Below, in pieces: positions 36,009 to 43,842 of a stretch of 64,000 bases of DNA. Below the pieces are notes generated by a model, which was given only the letters and a program-made list of their open reading frames with translations, was not told the DNA's origin and did not search any database. Position 1 is the first letter of the stretch. Each line of letters begins with the position of its first letter. Source of the stretch: an uncultured Bacteroides sp. (GTDB lineage Bacteria > Bacteroidota > Bacteroidia > Bacteroidales > Bacteroidaceae). Where the stretch lies: contig CAMOWU010000001.1 of the NCBI GenBank assembly GCA_946628545.1, positions 13,319-77,318 on the forward strand. The letters run 5' to 3'. Both the position numbers and the translations under genes were made by a program.

Positions 36009-36093
36009 CCACTCCCCTCCCCTCTCAGGGGAGGGGTGCCCGAAGGGCGGGGTGGGGTAATGGTCAAAGAAAAACGATGAAGCGAGGGCAGAG

Positions 36094-36134
36094 CATTGAC
36101 CATTGAACATTGACCATTGAACATTGACCATTGG
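36094..36134. repeat. Tandem cattgaMcattga repeat, with an inverted partner at 36182-36202
   Basis: cattgaccattgaacattgaccattgaacattgaccattgg is a 14-bp unit repeated about three times. Its reverse complement, caatggtcaatgtccaatgg, overlaps the stop and last codons of the BASS gene. Confidence 0.8.
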
Positions 36135-36180
36135 CTTCGCCTAAAATGCTCACGCTCGGCATAGCTCGAACAAGTTCGGC

Positions 36181-37047
36181 TCAATGGTCAATGTCCAATG
36201 GCCTAACCTTGCAAATCCCCACATAAGCGATGAGGAAGATATTCATCATCAAGGAATAGATGATGGCTGGAATAGCGATCGTGTCGTTGTTGAAGACAAA
36301 AGGACTGCTGGCGATCGCTATGCTCTGGGCAGCGTTCTGCATGCCAATTTCTATCACAATGGTCCGACGTTCTTTTCCCGTCAACTTTGTCACCCATGCG
36401 AGCAAAACACCCGCTCCCATGGAACAAAGCACCAACAAAGAAATGCATCCACCAAGAGGACCGATATGCTGGAGGATGGTGTCGCTGTGCTGGAAGTAGA
36501 ACACCGTCACCAGCAACACCAGGAGGGGAAGTGCGATTTTCGACAACACGGCATTGAGTTTGGTGGCAGTCTGTTTCCATCTCTTACGCACCCAGACTCC
36601 CAATGCAATGGGTATGACCATCAAGACAATATTCTGCACCACAAGCTGGCCCACAGGCAGGTGAATCTCCATCGACTCTCCTCCTGTGGCCGGCACTACC
36701 ATACCCATGATAAGGGGCAGGGTGAAAAGGGTGATCAAACTGCTGCAGGCTGTCAAGGAAACGGACAAAGCCACATCCCCCCTGGCCAACATGGAAAACA
36801 CATTCGACGAACTGCCTCCAGGACAACAAGCAATCAGCACCACGCCAATGAAGAACAATGGAGGAAGATGAAAGGCTGAAGCCAACAAATAGGCAATGAT
36901 GGGCAAACAAATGATTTGTCCCACCAAACCTGCGAAAATAGGACGCGGACGCTTGAGGAAAAGTTTGAAGTCGGACAAGCGCAAGGTCAGTCCGAGTTCA
37001 AACATCAACAACGTCAGAACGGGAAGTACGATAAAAACTGTAGCCAT
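36181..37047 (-). CDS. Bile acid:sodium symporter (BASS/SBF) family transporter
   Basis: 288 aa and polytopic. The N-terminus LPVLTLLMFELGLTLRLSDFKLFLKRPRPIFAGLVGQIICLPIIAYLL and the block CCPGGSSSNVFSMLARGDVALSV are typical of the SBF family. Confidence 0.85.
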   Translation of the reverse strand: MATVFIVLPVLTLLMFELGLTLRLSDFKLFLKRPRPIFAGLVGQIICLPIIAYLLASAFHLPPLFFIGVVLIACCPGGSSSNVFSMLARGDVALSVSLTACSSLITLFTLPLIMGMVVPATGGESMEIHLPVGQLVVQNIVLMVIPIALGVWVRKRWKQTATKLNAVLSKIALPLLVLLVTVFYFQHSDTILQHIGPLGGCISLLVLCSMGAGVLLAWVTKLTGKERRTIVIEIGMQNAAQSIAIASSPFVFNNDTIAIPAIIYSLMMNIFLIAYVGICKVRPLDIDH

Positions 37048-37243
37048 AATCTTTTAGTGAGTTTTTTGATGCCATAGGTAGCATCAAAAGCAAAAAACGA
37101 CGCAAAATAACGAAGAAATGTCGTTTTGAACAAGCCAAGCACGTTTTTTTTCACACCAAACCCGTTTTTCATCAAAAGATTGTTCTTATAAGAACATAAA
37201 AATGATAAATTTGCGGATAGAAACGACGACTAACCTTTATTTA

Positions 37244-37312
37244 GTAATATGTAAAAAATAAGTTGCCTCACTGTTGGATTTCATCACGCTGCTGTTGAAT
37301 AACTCTTTGGTC
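37244..37312 (+). repeat. IS-end-like repeat, copy A (inverted partner at 42795-42863; shorter same-orientation copy at 42355-42397)
   Basis: gtaatatgtaaaaaataagttgcctcactgttggatttcatcacgctgctgttgaataactctttgg matches the reverse complement of 42798-42863 at roughly 66 of 72 aligned positions, counted by eye. Confidence 0.7.
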
Positions 37313-37502
37313 TGAACGAGAGAGGAACCTGCCCGCTGGACGCGTTGTCCAAAGGCAAGTTCAAGGCCTTCGACCACGACTTCGATACATTCCATGAGGG
37401 ACAATCTGTCCCTCATGGAAGGTTGACGCTTCATACAGCGAAAGGATGATGAGGCAAGTTGTTTTCACAAAGTTCTCATGAATTCATCGAACTGACGTTA
37501 AT

Positions 37503-38939
37503 TTACAATGGCATATTGCCATGTTTCTTAGGTGGATTGCTCTGATTCTTATTGCGCGACATCTCCAAAGCCTGAATGAGACGCAGACGGGTGTCGCAGG
37601 GCGAGATGATTTCATCGATGTAACCCAACTGTGCTGCTGGCATGGGGTTGGCAAATTTCTCTCTGTACTCCTCAATCTTCTGGGCACGCTCTTCAGGCGT
37701 GGCCTTGCGATAGAGGATGTTGCATGCCCCCTCTGCACCCATTACTGCGATTTCGGCTGTTGGATAGGCAAAGTTCACGTCAGCCCCGATGCACTTGGAG
37801 TTCATCACGATGTAAGCACCACCGTATGCCTTGCGAGTGATAAGCGTGATTTTCGGCACAGTTGCCTCAGCAAAAGCATAGACGATTTTCGCACCATGAC
37901 GTATGATGCCGTTGTGTTCCTGCTGCACACCAGGCAAGAACCCTGGCACATCTTCCACAGCAACGAGAGGGATGTTGAAACAGTCGCAGAATCGAATGAA
38001 GCGTGCAGCCTTGTCAGAGGCATCAATGTCGAGCGCACCAGCGAGGAAGTTAGGCTGATTGGCGACGAATCCCACCGTACGTCCTGCCATACGTCCAAAA
38101 CCAATGACGATGTTCTTAGCAAACTCTGGCTGAATCTCGAAGAAGTACTGCTGGTCGCAGACAGGTTCGATGATGTTGCGTATGTCATAAGGGACATTCG
38201 GGTCAGCTGGCACTACGTTATCCAGTTCATGGCAAATGCGGTTAACTTCATCGGTTACAGGATGCACAGGAGCATCTTCCATGTTGTTGGAAGGGATGAA
38301 CCCAATGAGTTCACGGATTGTCATCAAGGTTTCCTCATCGCTGTTACAGATGAAGTGGCTCACACCGCTCACAGAGTTATGTGTCATGGCCCCGCCAAGG
38401 GTTTCCTTGTCCACATCCTCATTGGTTACAGCCTTCACCACATTAGGTCCTGTCACAAACATCTGGCTCTGTTCCTTCACCATCAAGATGAAGTCGGTGA
38501 GTGCAGGGCTGTAACAAGAACCGCCAGCACAAGGACCGAGAATGGCACTGATTTGAGGAATGACCCCCGATGCCATCACGTTTCTCCTGAAAATATGGGC
38601 AAACCCCGTGAGGGATTCCACCCCTTCTTGAATACGAGCGCCACCTGAATCATTCAATCCAATGATGGGTGCCCCGTTCTTCAATGCCAAGTCCTGCACC
38701 TTCGCAATCTTTTGTGCATTGGCTGCCGAGAGCGACCCTCCCAGCACGGCAAAGTCAAAGGCATAGACAAAGACGATACGTCCGTCGATCTTGCCGTAAC
38801 CGGAAATGACGCCATCGCCTTCAATGCGCTTGTTTTCCATGCCAAAATCATTACAACGGTGCACCACGTGCTTGTCCATCTCCACGAAAGAGCCGCGGTC
38901 AAGCAGCGTTTCTATTCTTTCTCTTGCTGTAAGTTTCAT
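37503..38939 (-). CDS. Acyl-CoA carboxylase carboxyltransferase subunit (PccB / methylmalonyl-CoA carboxyltransferase 12S family)
   Basis: Family blocks include KLTARERIETLLDRGSFVE, DSGGARIQEGVESL, AILGPCAGGSCYSPALTDFILMV and PLVAVEDVPGFLPGVQQEHNGIIRHGAKIVYAF. The first ATG is 38939, because the listed 38948 is a TTG. It lacks the ~40-aa N-terminal helix of many PccB proteins. Confidence 0.9.
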   Translation of the reverse strand: MKLTARERIETLLDRGSFVEMDKHVVHRCNDFGMENKRIEGDGVISGYGKIDGRIVFVYAFDFAVLGGSLSAANAQKIAKVQDLALKNGAPIIGLNDSGGARIQEGVESLTGFAHIFRRNVMASGVIPQISAILGPCAGGSCYSPALTDFILMVKEQSQMFVTGPNVVKAVTNEDVDKETLGGAMTHNSVSGVSHFICNSDEETLMTIRELIGFIPSNNMEDAPVHPVTDEVNRICHELDNVVPADPNVPYDIRNIIEPVCDQQYFFEIQPEFAKNIVIGFGRMAGRTVGFVANQPNFLAGALDIDASDKAARFIRFCDCFNIPLVAVEDVPGFLPGVQQEHNGIIRHGAKIVYAFAEATVPKITLITRKAYGGAYIVMNSKCIGADVNFAYPTAEIAVMGAEGACNILYRKATPEERAQKIEEYREKFANPMPAAQLGYIDEIISPCDTRLRLIQALEMSRNKNQSNPPKKHGNMPL

Positions 38940-38951
38940 AATTCTCAATTT

Positions 38952-39467
38952 TCAACTTTCAATATTCAATTTAATAAGCGCTTGTTCCACACGGACACTG
39001 TCGCCCACATTCACCATGACCTCCTTTACGGTGCAATCTGCATTTACTTTGTAGTTTGACTGCATCTTCATGGCTTCCATTGTCAGAACGGTGTCACCAG
39101 CCTTGAGTGTGTCACCCGGTTTTACGTAGATGTTGACAATTTTGCAAGGCATGGGTGCGGTGATGACATCAGCCTGTGCCGAGTCCTGTGAACCACCACG
39201 ACGCATCTTCATATACTTCGCTTGTGAGTCGAGCATATCAATCTGATATGTCGAGTAGTTCAAGTTCACCCGGTAGTGTTTCTCCCCACTCTCTCGGATG
39301 AGTTCTGCATTGTACGAATTGCCTCCGTATATGAGGGAGCAAGTGCCGTTTTCGAGCATCGCCACATCCACATCATACACTTTTCCGTCAATGTCTACCT
39401 TTACTTGGTTACCCTCCTTGCTCAGCAAGGTCACTTCCAAGGTTTTATTTCCTACTTGTATTTCCAT
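38952..39467 (-). CDS. Biotin carboxyl carrier (biotin/lipoyl attachment domain) protein
   Basis: 171 aa. The C-terminal biotinyl domain carries the motif VLTMEAMKMQSNY (biotinyl-Lys in AMKM). Confidence 0.85.
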   Translation of the reverse strand: MEIQVGNKTLEVTLLSKEGNQVKVDIDGKVYDVDVAMLENGTCSLIYGGNSYNAELIRESGEKHYRVNLNYSTYQIDMLDSQAKYMKMRRGGSQDSAQADVITAPMPCKIVNIYVKPGDTLKAGDTVLTMEAMKMQSNYKVNADCTVKEVMVNVGDSVRVEQALIKLNIES

Positions 39468-39488
39468 CTTACTTTTATTTCTTAACCA

Positions 39489-41003
39489 TTACACTCTCAG
39501 GACACCCTTCTGCAATCCGAATGCCCTCCAACGGCTGATGGCTGTATTCTCTGGCGTAGGCATCGAGGGCTTATTCTCTTCAAGGTTCATCAGATAGTCA
39601 ATATATGCCGCAATGACCGCCATCGGCTCAGAATCGTTCTTGAAGCCCTGACGTGGGCGCAATCTGTCTTGGTTGCGTTCGATGAAGTAGGTGTTGTAGT
39701 CACCCTTCTTGAAATCGGGTACATCGATGATGCGGCGCAGATAGCGGATGTTGGTTGTCAACCCCGTAATCTTGTATTCATACAAAACACGTCGCATACG
39801 TTCAATGGCATACTCTCGGCTGGTTGCCCACACGATGAGTTTACCGATCATCGGGTCATAGTATACAGGGATTTCATAACCTTCATACACGTAAGAATCG
39901 ATGCGTGTGCCGATACCATGTGGTTCTGTAAGCTGCTGAATCACCCCTGGCGATGGCATGAAGTTATGTTCCGTATCCTCAGCACAGATACGGCACTCAA
40001 TAGCATGACCACGCTGACGGATATCCTCCTGACGATAGCGCAATTGCTGTCCATCGGCAATGAGAATCTGCTCCTTCACCAAGTCAATGCCCACCACCTC
40101 CTCAGTGATGGGATGTTCCACCTGCAAACGTGTGTTCATCTCGAGGAAATAGAACTTATGGTACTTATCCACAAGGAACTCAATCGTTCCTGCTCCTTCA
40201 TACCCCACAGCACGGGCAGCTGCCACAGCTTTGGCTCCCATTTCCATGCGCAGGTTATAGTCAATAAACGGGCTTGGGCTTTCCTCGACAATTTTCTGAT
40301 GACGGCGCTGCACAGAACACTCGCGGTCAAACAGATGCACCACGTTACCATGCTTGTCACCTAAAATTTGGAACTCGATGTGATGAGGTTCTTCCACAAA
40401 CTTCTCGATATAGACTGTATCGTCACCAAAACCCGACATCGCTTCGCTACGAGCCGCATTGTACATTTCCACCACATCCTCTTCCCTCTCGATGAGGCGC
40501 ATGCCCTTTCCACCGCCCCCCATCGAGGCTTTCAGCATCACAGGGAAACCAATCATCTTTGCCACCTTCACAGCCTCTTCTGCTGATTTGAGCGGTTCTT
40601 CCGTACCAGGTACCACAGGCACTCCTGCTTCAATCATCTTCCTACGTGCACTGATTTTGTCGCCCATCTCTTCCATCGTTTCAGGACGAGGTCCGATGAA
40701 GATGAATCCTTCCTGTTCACATCGGCGGGCAAACTCTGCATTCTCTGAGAGGAAACCATAACCAGGATGGATGGCATCCACCTTGTGTTGATGAGCCGCC
40801 TCGATGATATGGTCAATGTTCAGATAGCTGTCACTGCTGGCAGCTCCTCCAATACACTCCGCCTCGTTGGCAAAGAGCACATGGCGGGAGAGTCGGTCAG
40901 CCTTGCTATAGACAGCAACCGAACGGATGCCCATCTCATAGCAACTCCTCATCACCCGGATGGCAATCTCCCCACGATTCGCCACTAATATCTTTCTAAT
41001 CAT
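39489..41003 (-). CDS. accC: Biotin carboxylase subunit (AccC-type, ATP-grasp)
   Basis: 504 aa. Blocks present are MIRKILVANRGEIAIRVMRSC, HPGYGFLSENAEFA, GGGGKGMR, and the ATP-grasp and C-terminal domain block EMNTRLQVEHPITE. Confidence 0.95.
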   Translation of the reverse strand: MIRKILVANRGEIAIRVMRSCYEMGIRSVAVYSKADRLSRHVLFANEAECIGGAASSDSYLNIDHIIEAAHQHKVDAIHPGYGFLSENAEFARRCEQEGFIFIGPRPETMEEMGDKISARRKMIEAGVPVVPGTEEPLKSAEEAVKVAKMIGFPVMLKASMGGGGKGMRLIEREEDVVEMYNAARSEAMSGFGDDTVYIEKFVEEPHHIEFQILGDKHGNVVHLFDRECSVQRRHQKIVEESPSPFIDYNLRMEMGAKAVAAARAVGYEGAGTIEFLVDKYHKFYFLEMNTRLQVEHPITEEVVGIDLVKEQILIADGQQLRYRQEDIRQRGHAIECRICAEDTEHNFMPSPGVIQQLTEPHGIGTRIDSYVYEGYEIPVYYDPMIGKLIVWATSREYAIERMRRVLYEYKITGLTTNIRYLRRIIDVPDFKKGDYNTYFIERNQDRLRPRQGFKNDSEPMAVIAAYIDYLMNLEENKPSMPTPENTAISRWRAFGLQKGVLRV

Positions 41004-41011
41004 AACTTCAT

Positions 41012-41392
41012 TTATATTTCCTGTTCCGACAACTCGTTAGCCTCCATAAGCGCACAGTCCTCTGTAATCTGTTTTAGTGAGACTGCAGCCATATTGAGCG
41101 TACGGAAGCATTGTTTCAGTATCGCCTGTGCAGCAGGTGTCTTAGAACCCATACGGTTCTTGATGTTTAAGAGTTCCTTCGTAATGCCCAACAATTCGTT
41201 GGTGGGCAAGAATGTCTCTCTGGAAGCGGTGTCGATGGTGTTGTCTATCTGCTCCATGATGGCAGTCACACCTTCTTTCTTCTGACGTTCATCAAACGAC
41301 ATATTGACCAACTCCTCCACATCACCTTTCAGCTGCTGCATCAAATCTATGTATTGTGTAAAAGTTGAATGATAAATATCCATAATCCTCAT
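41012..41392 (-). CDS. Hypothetical helical protein (126 aa), second gene of the riboswitch-led operon
   Basis: The ORF has an ATG start and sits 8 nt upstream of accC and 22 nt downstream of the preceding ORF. No motif was recognised. Confidence 0.45.
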   Translation of the reverse strand: MRIMDIYHSTFTQYIDLMQQLKGDVEELVNMSFDERQKKEGVTAIMEQIDNTIDTASRETFLPTNELLGITKELLNIKNRMGSKTPAAQAILKQCFRTLNMAAVSLKQITEDCALMEANELSEQEI

Positions 41393-41414
41393 TTTTTTAC
41401 AATTAAACGCAAAT

Positions 41415-41744
41415 TTACATCAAACGCAAAGTGAAGTATCCCAGCACCATACCAATGATACCTATCACAATACCCACTTTCAACATTTCGTTTTGCTTTA
41501 CCAAGCCCGTTGAGTGCGCAATAGCATTCGGAGGTGTACTGATAGGCACTGTCAATCCATCAATGCCGAAACACTCCGTCGGCAGAAACGCCACCACCAC
41601 CGTTGCGACGATGGAGATGAACGAAGCAATGAATGATTTGTTGTTAAACTTGCTCGACAACTTGTTGACGAACTTCCCTCCTCTCTGTGGTTCCAACTTT
41701 CTGAACTGATGAAGATGGAACAATTTGTTGTTGAATATTGACAT
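41415..41744 (-). CDS. Hypothetical small membrane protein (109 aa, two predicted TM helices), first gene after the riboswitch
   Basis: ATG at 41742-41744. The hydrophobic segments are FIASFISIVATVVVAFL and VGIVIGIIGMVLGYFTL. No family was recognised. Confidence 0.4.
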   Translation of the reverse strand: MSIFNNKLFHLHQFRKLEPQRGGKFVNKLSSKFNNKSFIASFISIVATVVVAFLPTECFGIDGLTVPISTPPNAIAHSTGLVKQNEMLKVGIVIGIIGMVLGYFTLRLM

Positions 41745-41944
41745 ATAATAAATGAAATTGAACTTTCACATTTGAGTGCCAGAGAATCACTGTTTCTTTG
41801 TGACATCTGACAGACGCACCAAACAGGGACGTACCAACATAGGACATCCCCTGTACAGCACAGCTGACACACGGCAATTCATCATTATAATAATGTATAA
41901 GTAAAAACGCAGTCCGTAGTCCCGCAGACGCACGTTGCTAATGG

Positions 41945-42160
41945 CAAATGGCAGGTCTTCTGACTTTATCCCCACAGGGTGCTCGGTCTTCCCAGAGATT
42001 TCAAAGCCTCATCCGTCAGACTTAGCCTTGACTCCAGTGACACTGTTGGCAACCCCGAAAAAAAGGACTCACAGCATCGGGTAATGTCGGGGATTTCCAC
42101 CCCATTCCCATCTTAGCTCCGTCGCCACACCACCCAAATATGATGTGGTGGAGAACCAAT
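41945..42160 (-). promoter_or_regulatory. Cobalamin (B12) riboswitch
   Basis: The minus-strand RNA contains the conserved core blocks and a B12 box. The core reads GCUAAGAUGGGAAUGGGGUGGAAAUCCCCGACAUUACCCGAUGCUGUGAG ... GUCACUGGAGUC ... CUCUGGGAAGACCG. The B12 box AGUCAGAAGACCUGCC is at 41950-41965. Confidence 0.85.
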
Positions 42161-42167
42161 TGCGGTG

Positions 42168-42175
42168 CAAAGGTA
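42168..42175 (-). promoter_or_regulatory. Bacteroidota -7 promoter box (TACCTTTG) driving the riboswitch leader
   Basis: The plus-strand caaaggta is TACCTTTG followed by cac on the minus strand, immediately 5' of the riboswitch. Confidence 0.5.
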
Positions 42176-42354
42176 CGATTAAACGAGAATAAAACAAAGA
42201 AAAAACGAAAGTTTTGCTTTTTTTCGAACGATAGTACCTTCGGCGCTGCCAACGGTACTATTCATCGAATAACTTGTCAACAATGTAAAGGGACCTTCTA
42301 TCAATTCCCCTTTTCCATAATAATAGTAATAATAAAAAGTGGACCATCTACTAA

Positions 42355-42863
42355 GTAATGCTAAAAAATAAGTTGCCTCAATAGTTGGGTTTTATGAGGT
42401 AGTTCCACTTCCCGAGTTTTGGTGCGAAAACGACCTGTCTCTTGAGCCGGACTGAAGTTCTTTGATACTTTTTCTTATCGTATTCGTGCTAGTTCCCATT
42501 ATTTTACTAAATTTGCGGTAGCTTACGCCGTTGGCCTTCAATTGTTCGGCTTTTGTCGCGATGAAGTGCCTTCGGTCCCTCTCGTTCAGGCTTGCCATAA
42601 AAGCCAAATCACACTGCGACAACATATCTGGAGGAGATTTTTGTATCATATTATGAGCTTTGGAATCACTCGTAAAGTTATAAAACCCTCCAGATTACCA
42701 AATTTATTTAATTGATATTCAACATATTAATCCATTATTTTGTAGAAAAAAAAATTCAACAATTGAAAAAGTCTCATTCCCAACGATTGGAATCATGCCA
42801 GAAAGTTATTCAACAGTCGCGTGATATAATCCAACAGTGAGGCAACTTATTTTTTTATATTAC
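42355..42863 (-). mobile_element. Decayed ISAzo13-like (ISNCY group) insertion sequence, ~0.5-kb internal-deletion derivative with inverted ends
   Basis: The ends are gtaatgctaaaaaataagttgcctcaatagttgg (42355-) and ccaacagtgaggcaacttatttttttatattac (-42863), which are inverted repeats. The only coding content is an 85-aa transposase N-terminal fragment. Confidence 0.55.
42392..42649 (-). pseudogene. Truncated transposase N-terminal HTH fragment (ISAzo13-family-like)
   Basis: LNERDRRHFIATKAEQLKANGVSYRKFSKIMGTSTNTIRKSIKELQSG resembles the N-terminal HTH region of ISAzo13-type transposases. The ORF stops after 85 aa and no DDE domain follows. Confidence 0.5.
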
Positions 42864-42868
42864 TTATC

Positions 42869-43798
42869 ATGGAAGTAAAAGACATATTCGAACTGCGCAA
42901 ACAGGGAAAGACAGAAGAGGCTTATGAAGCCATACGACCCATGTATGCAGTGCATCAAGGCCACTACACCACCATCGCCATGTTCTGGTGCGCCAGCGAC
43001 ATGATCAAACTGCGACTGGAACAAAAAAGGGTGGATGAGGCACTGAAGATTTTCCAGGCACTCATGCGACTATATCCCAACATGGACGACGCTGATGGCA
43101 AGGGGCACAGCGCCATTCTACGACACGCCATCAACCTGAGTGAGGCTTCCCCACAATTCTCCATGGTGGAATTCATGGAAAACGGAGGATTGGAAAGCCT
43201 AACAGCCGAGGATTGGAAAGCGGGTGAAGCCAATGGCCATCCCCTACCCTCCACTGCCGCAAGGATTGTCAGTCAGGTCTATCACGAATTGGAAGCCAAT
43301 CCCACTCCCGATTTGGGACTACGATGCACACCACTCCTCAACGAGGCGCTGCGACACAGTCAAAACAACATGAACTACCAACGTCTGATGGCGCTCATCT
43401 ACAAAATCACTGGTGAGACGAAAAAAGCGGTGGATATCTACAAGAAACTGCTCCGACGCCACCACCAGTCATATCTCTACAGCGAACTGGCTGAGCTGGC
43501 CACACAGCCAGCCAACAAGATACCTCTTCTCGCCAAAGCCATCATCACACAGAAAGAAGAGAAGTTTCGAACCAAACTCTACATCCAACTTGCGGAATTG
43601 CTGGCCAACAGCCAGCCTCAAATCTCGGCTTACCTGATCAACGAAAGCGTACGCATCAGGAAAGAAGGTGGTTTCAACATCTCACAGCAACAAATCCGCC
43701 TGTCAAAGCATTTGTCGGGCTACCAACCCGCCACCAATGCACAAGCCACCCAATTCCTTGTCACGCAAGCATCTACGGTAAATAAAATCATCGGATAA
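42869..43798 (+). CDS. Hypothetical all-helical (TPR-like) protein, 309 aa
   Basis: The ORF starts at an ATG 5 nt outside the IS end. It has a helical-repeat character (EEAYEAIRPMY..., VDEALKIFQALMRLYPN, KKAVDIYKKLLRRHHQSYLYSELAEL). No family was recognised. Confidence 0.5.
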   Translation: MEVKDIFELRKQGKTEEAYEAIRPMYAVHQGHYTTIAMFWCASDMIKLRLEQKRVDEALKIFQALMRLYPNMDDADGKGHSAILRHAINLSEASPQFSMVEFMENGGLESLTAEDWKAGEANGHPLPSTAARIVSQVYHELEANPTPDLGLRCTPLLNEALRHSQNNMNYQRLMALIYKITGETKKAVDIYKKLLRRHHQSYLYSELAELATQPANKIPLLAKAIITQKEEKFRTKLYIQLAELLANSQPQISAYLINESVRIRKEGGFNISQQQIRLSKHLSGYQPATNAQATQFLVTQASTVNKIIG

Positions 43799-43842
43799 AT
43801 TCATCATCATCGAATTAATCATTATAAAAAACCTCCAACGCT

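Noticed and set aside
37392-37418. A perfect 11-bp hairpin (ccatgagggac-aatct-gtccctcatgg) as the terminator of the carboxylase operon.
   Set aside because: The hairpin is real, but there is no U-tract on either strand. It cannot be called an intrinsic terminator from sequence alone, so it is left unannotated.
37237-37434. A 65-aa minus-strand ORF overlapping IS-end copy A.
   Set aside because: It runs through the repeat. The corresponding frame is not open in copy B, and it has no motif or start context. It is considered non-coding remnant DNA.
41787-41975. The listed small minus-strand ORFs (62, 77 and 106 aa) between the riboswitch and the 109-aa gene.
   Set aside because: They overlap the riboswitch aptamer or expression platform and each other in different frames. 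Their translations are Cys/Arg-rich nonsense, so the region is better explained as 5' leader RNA.
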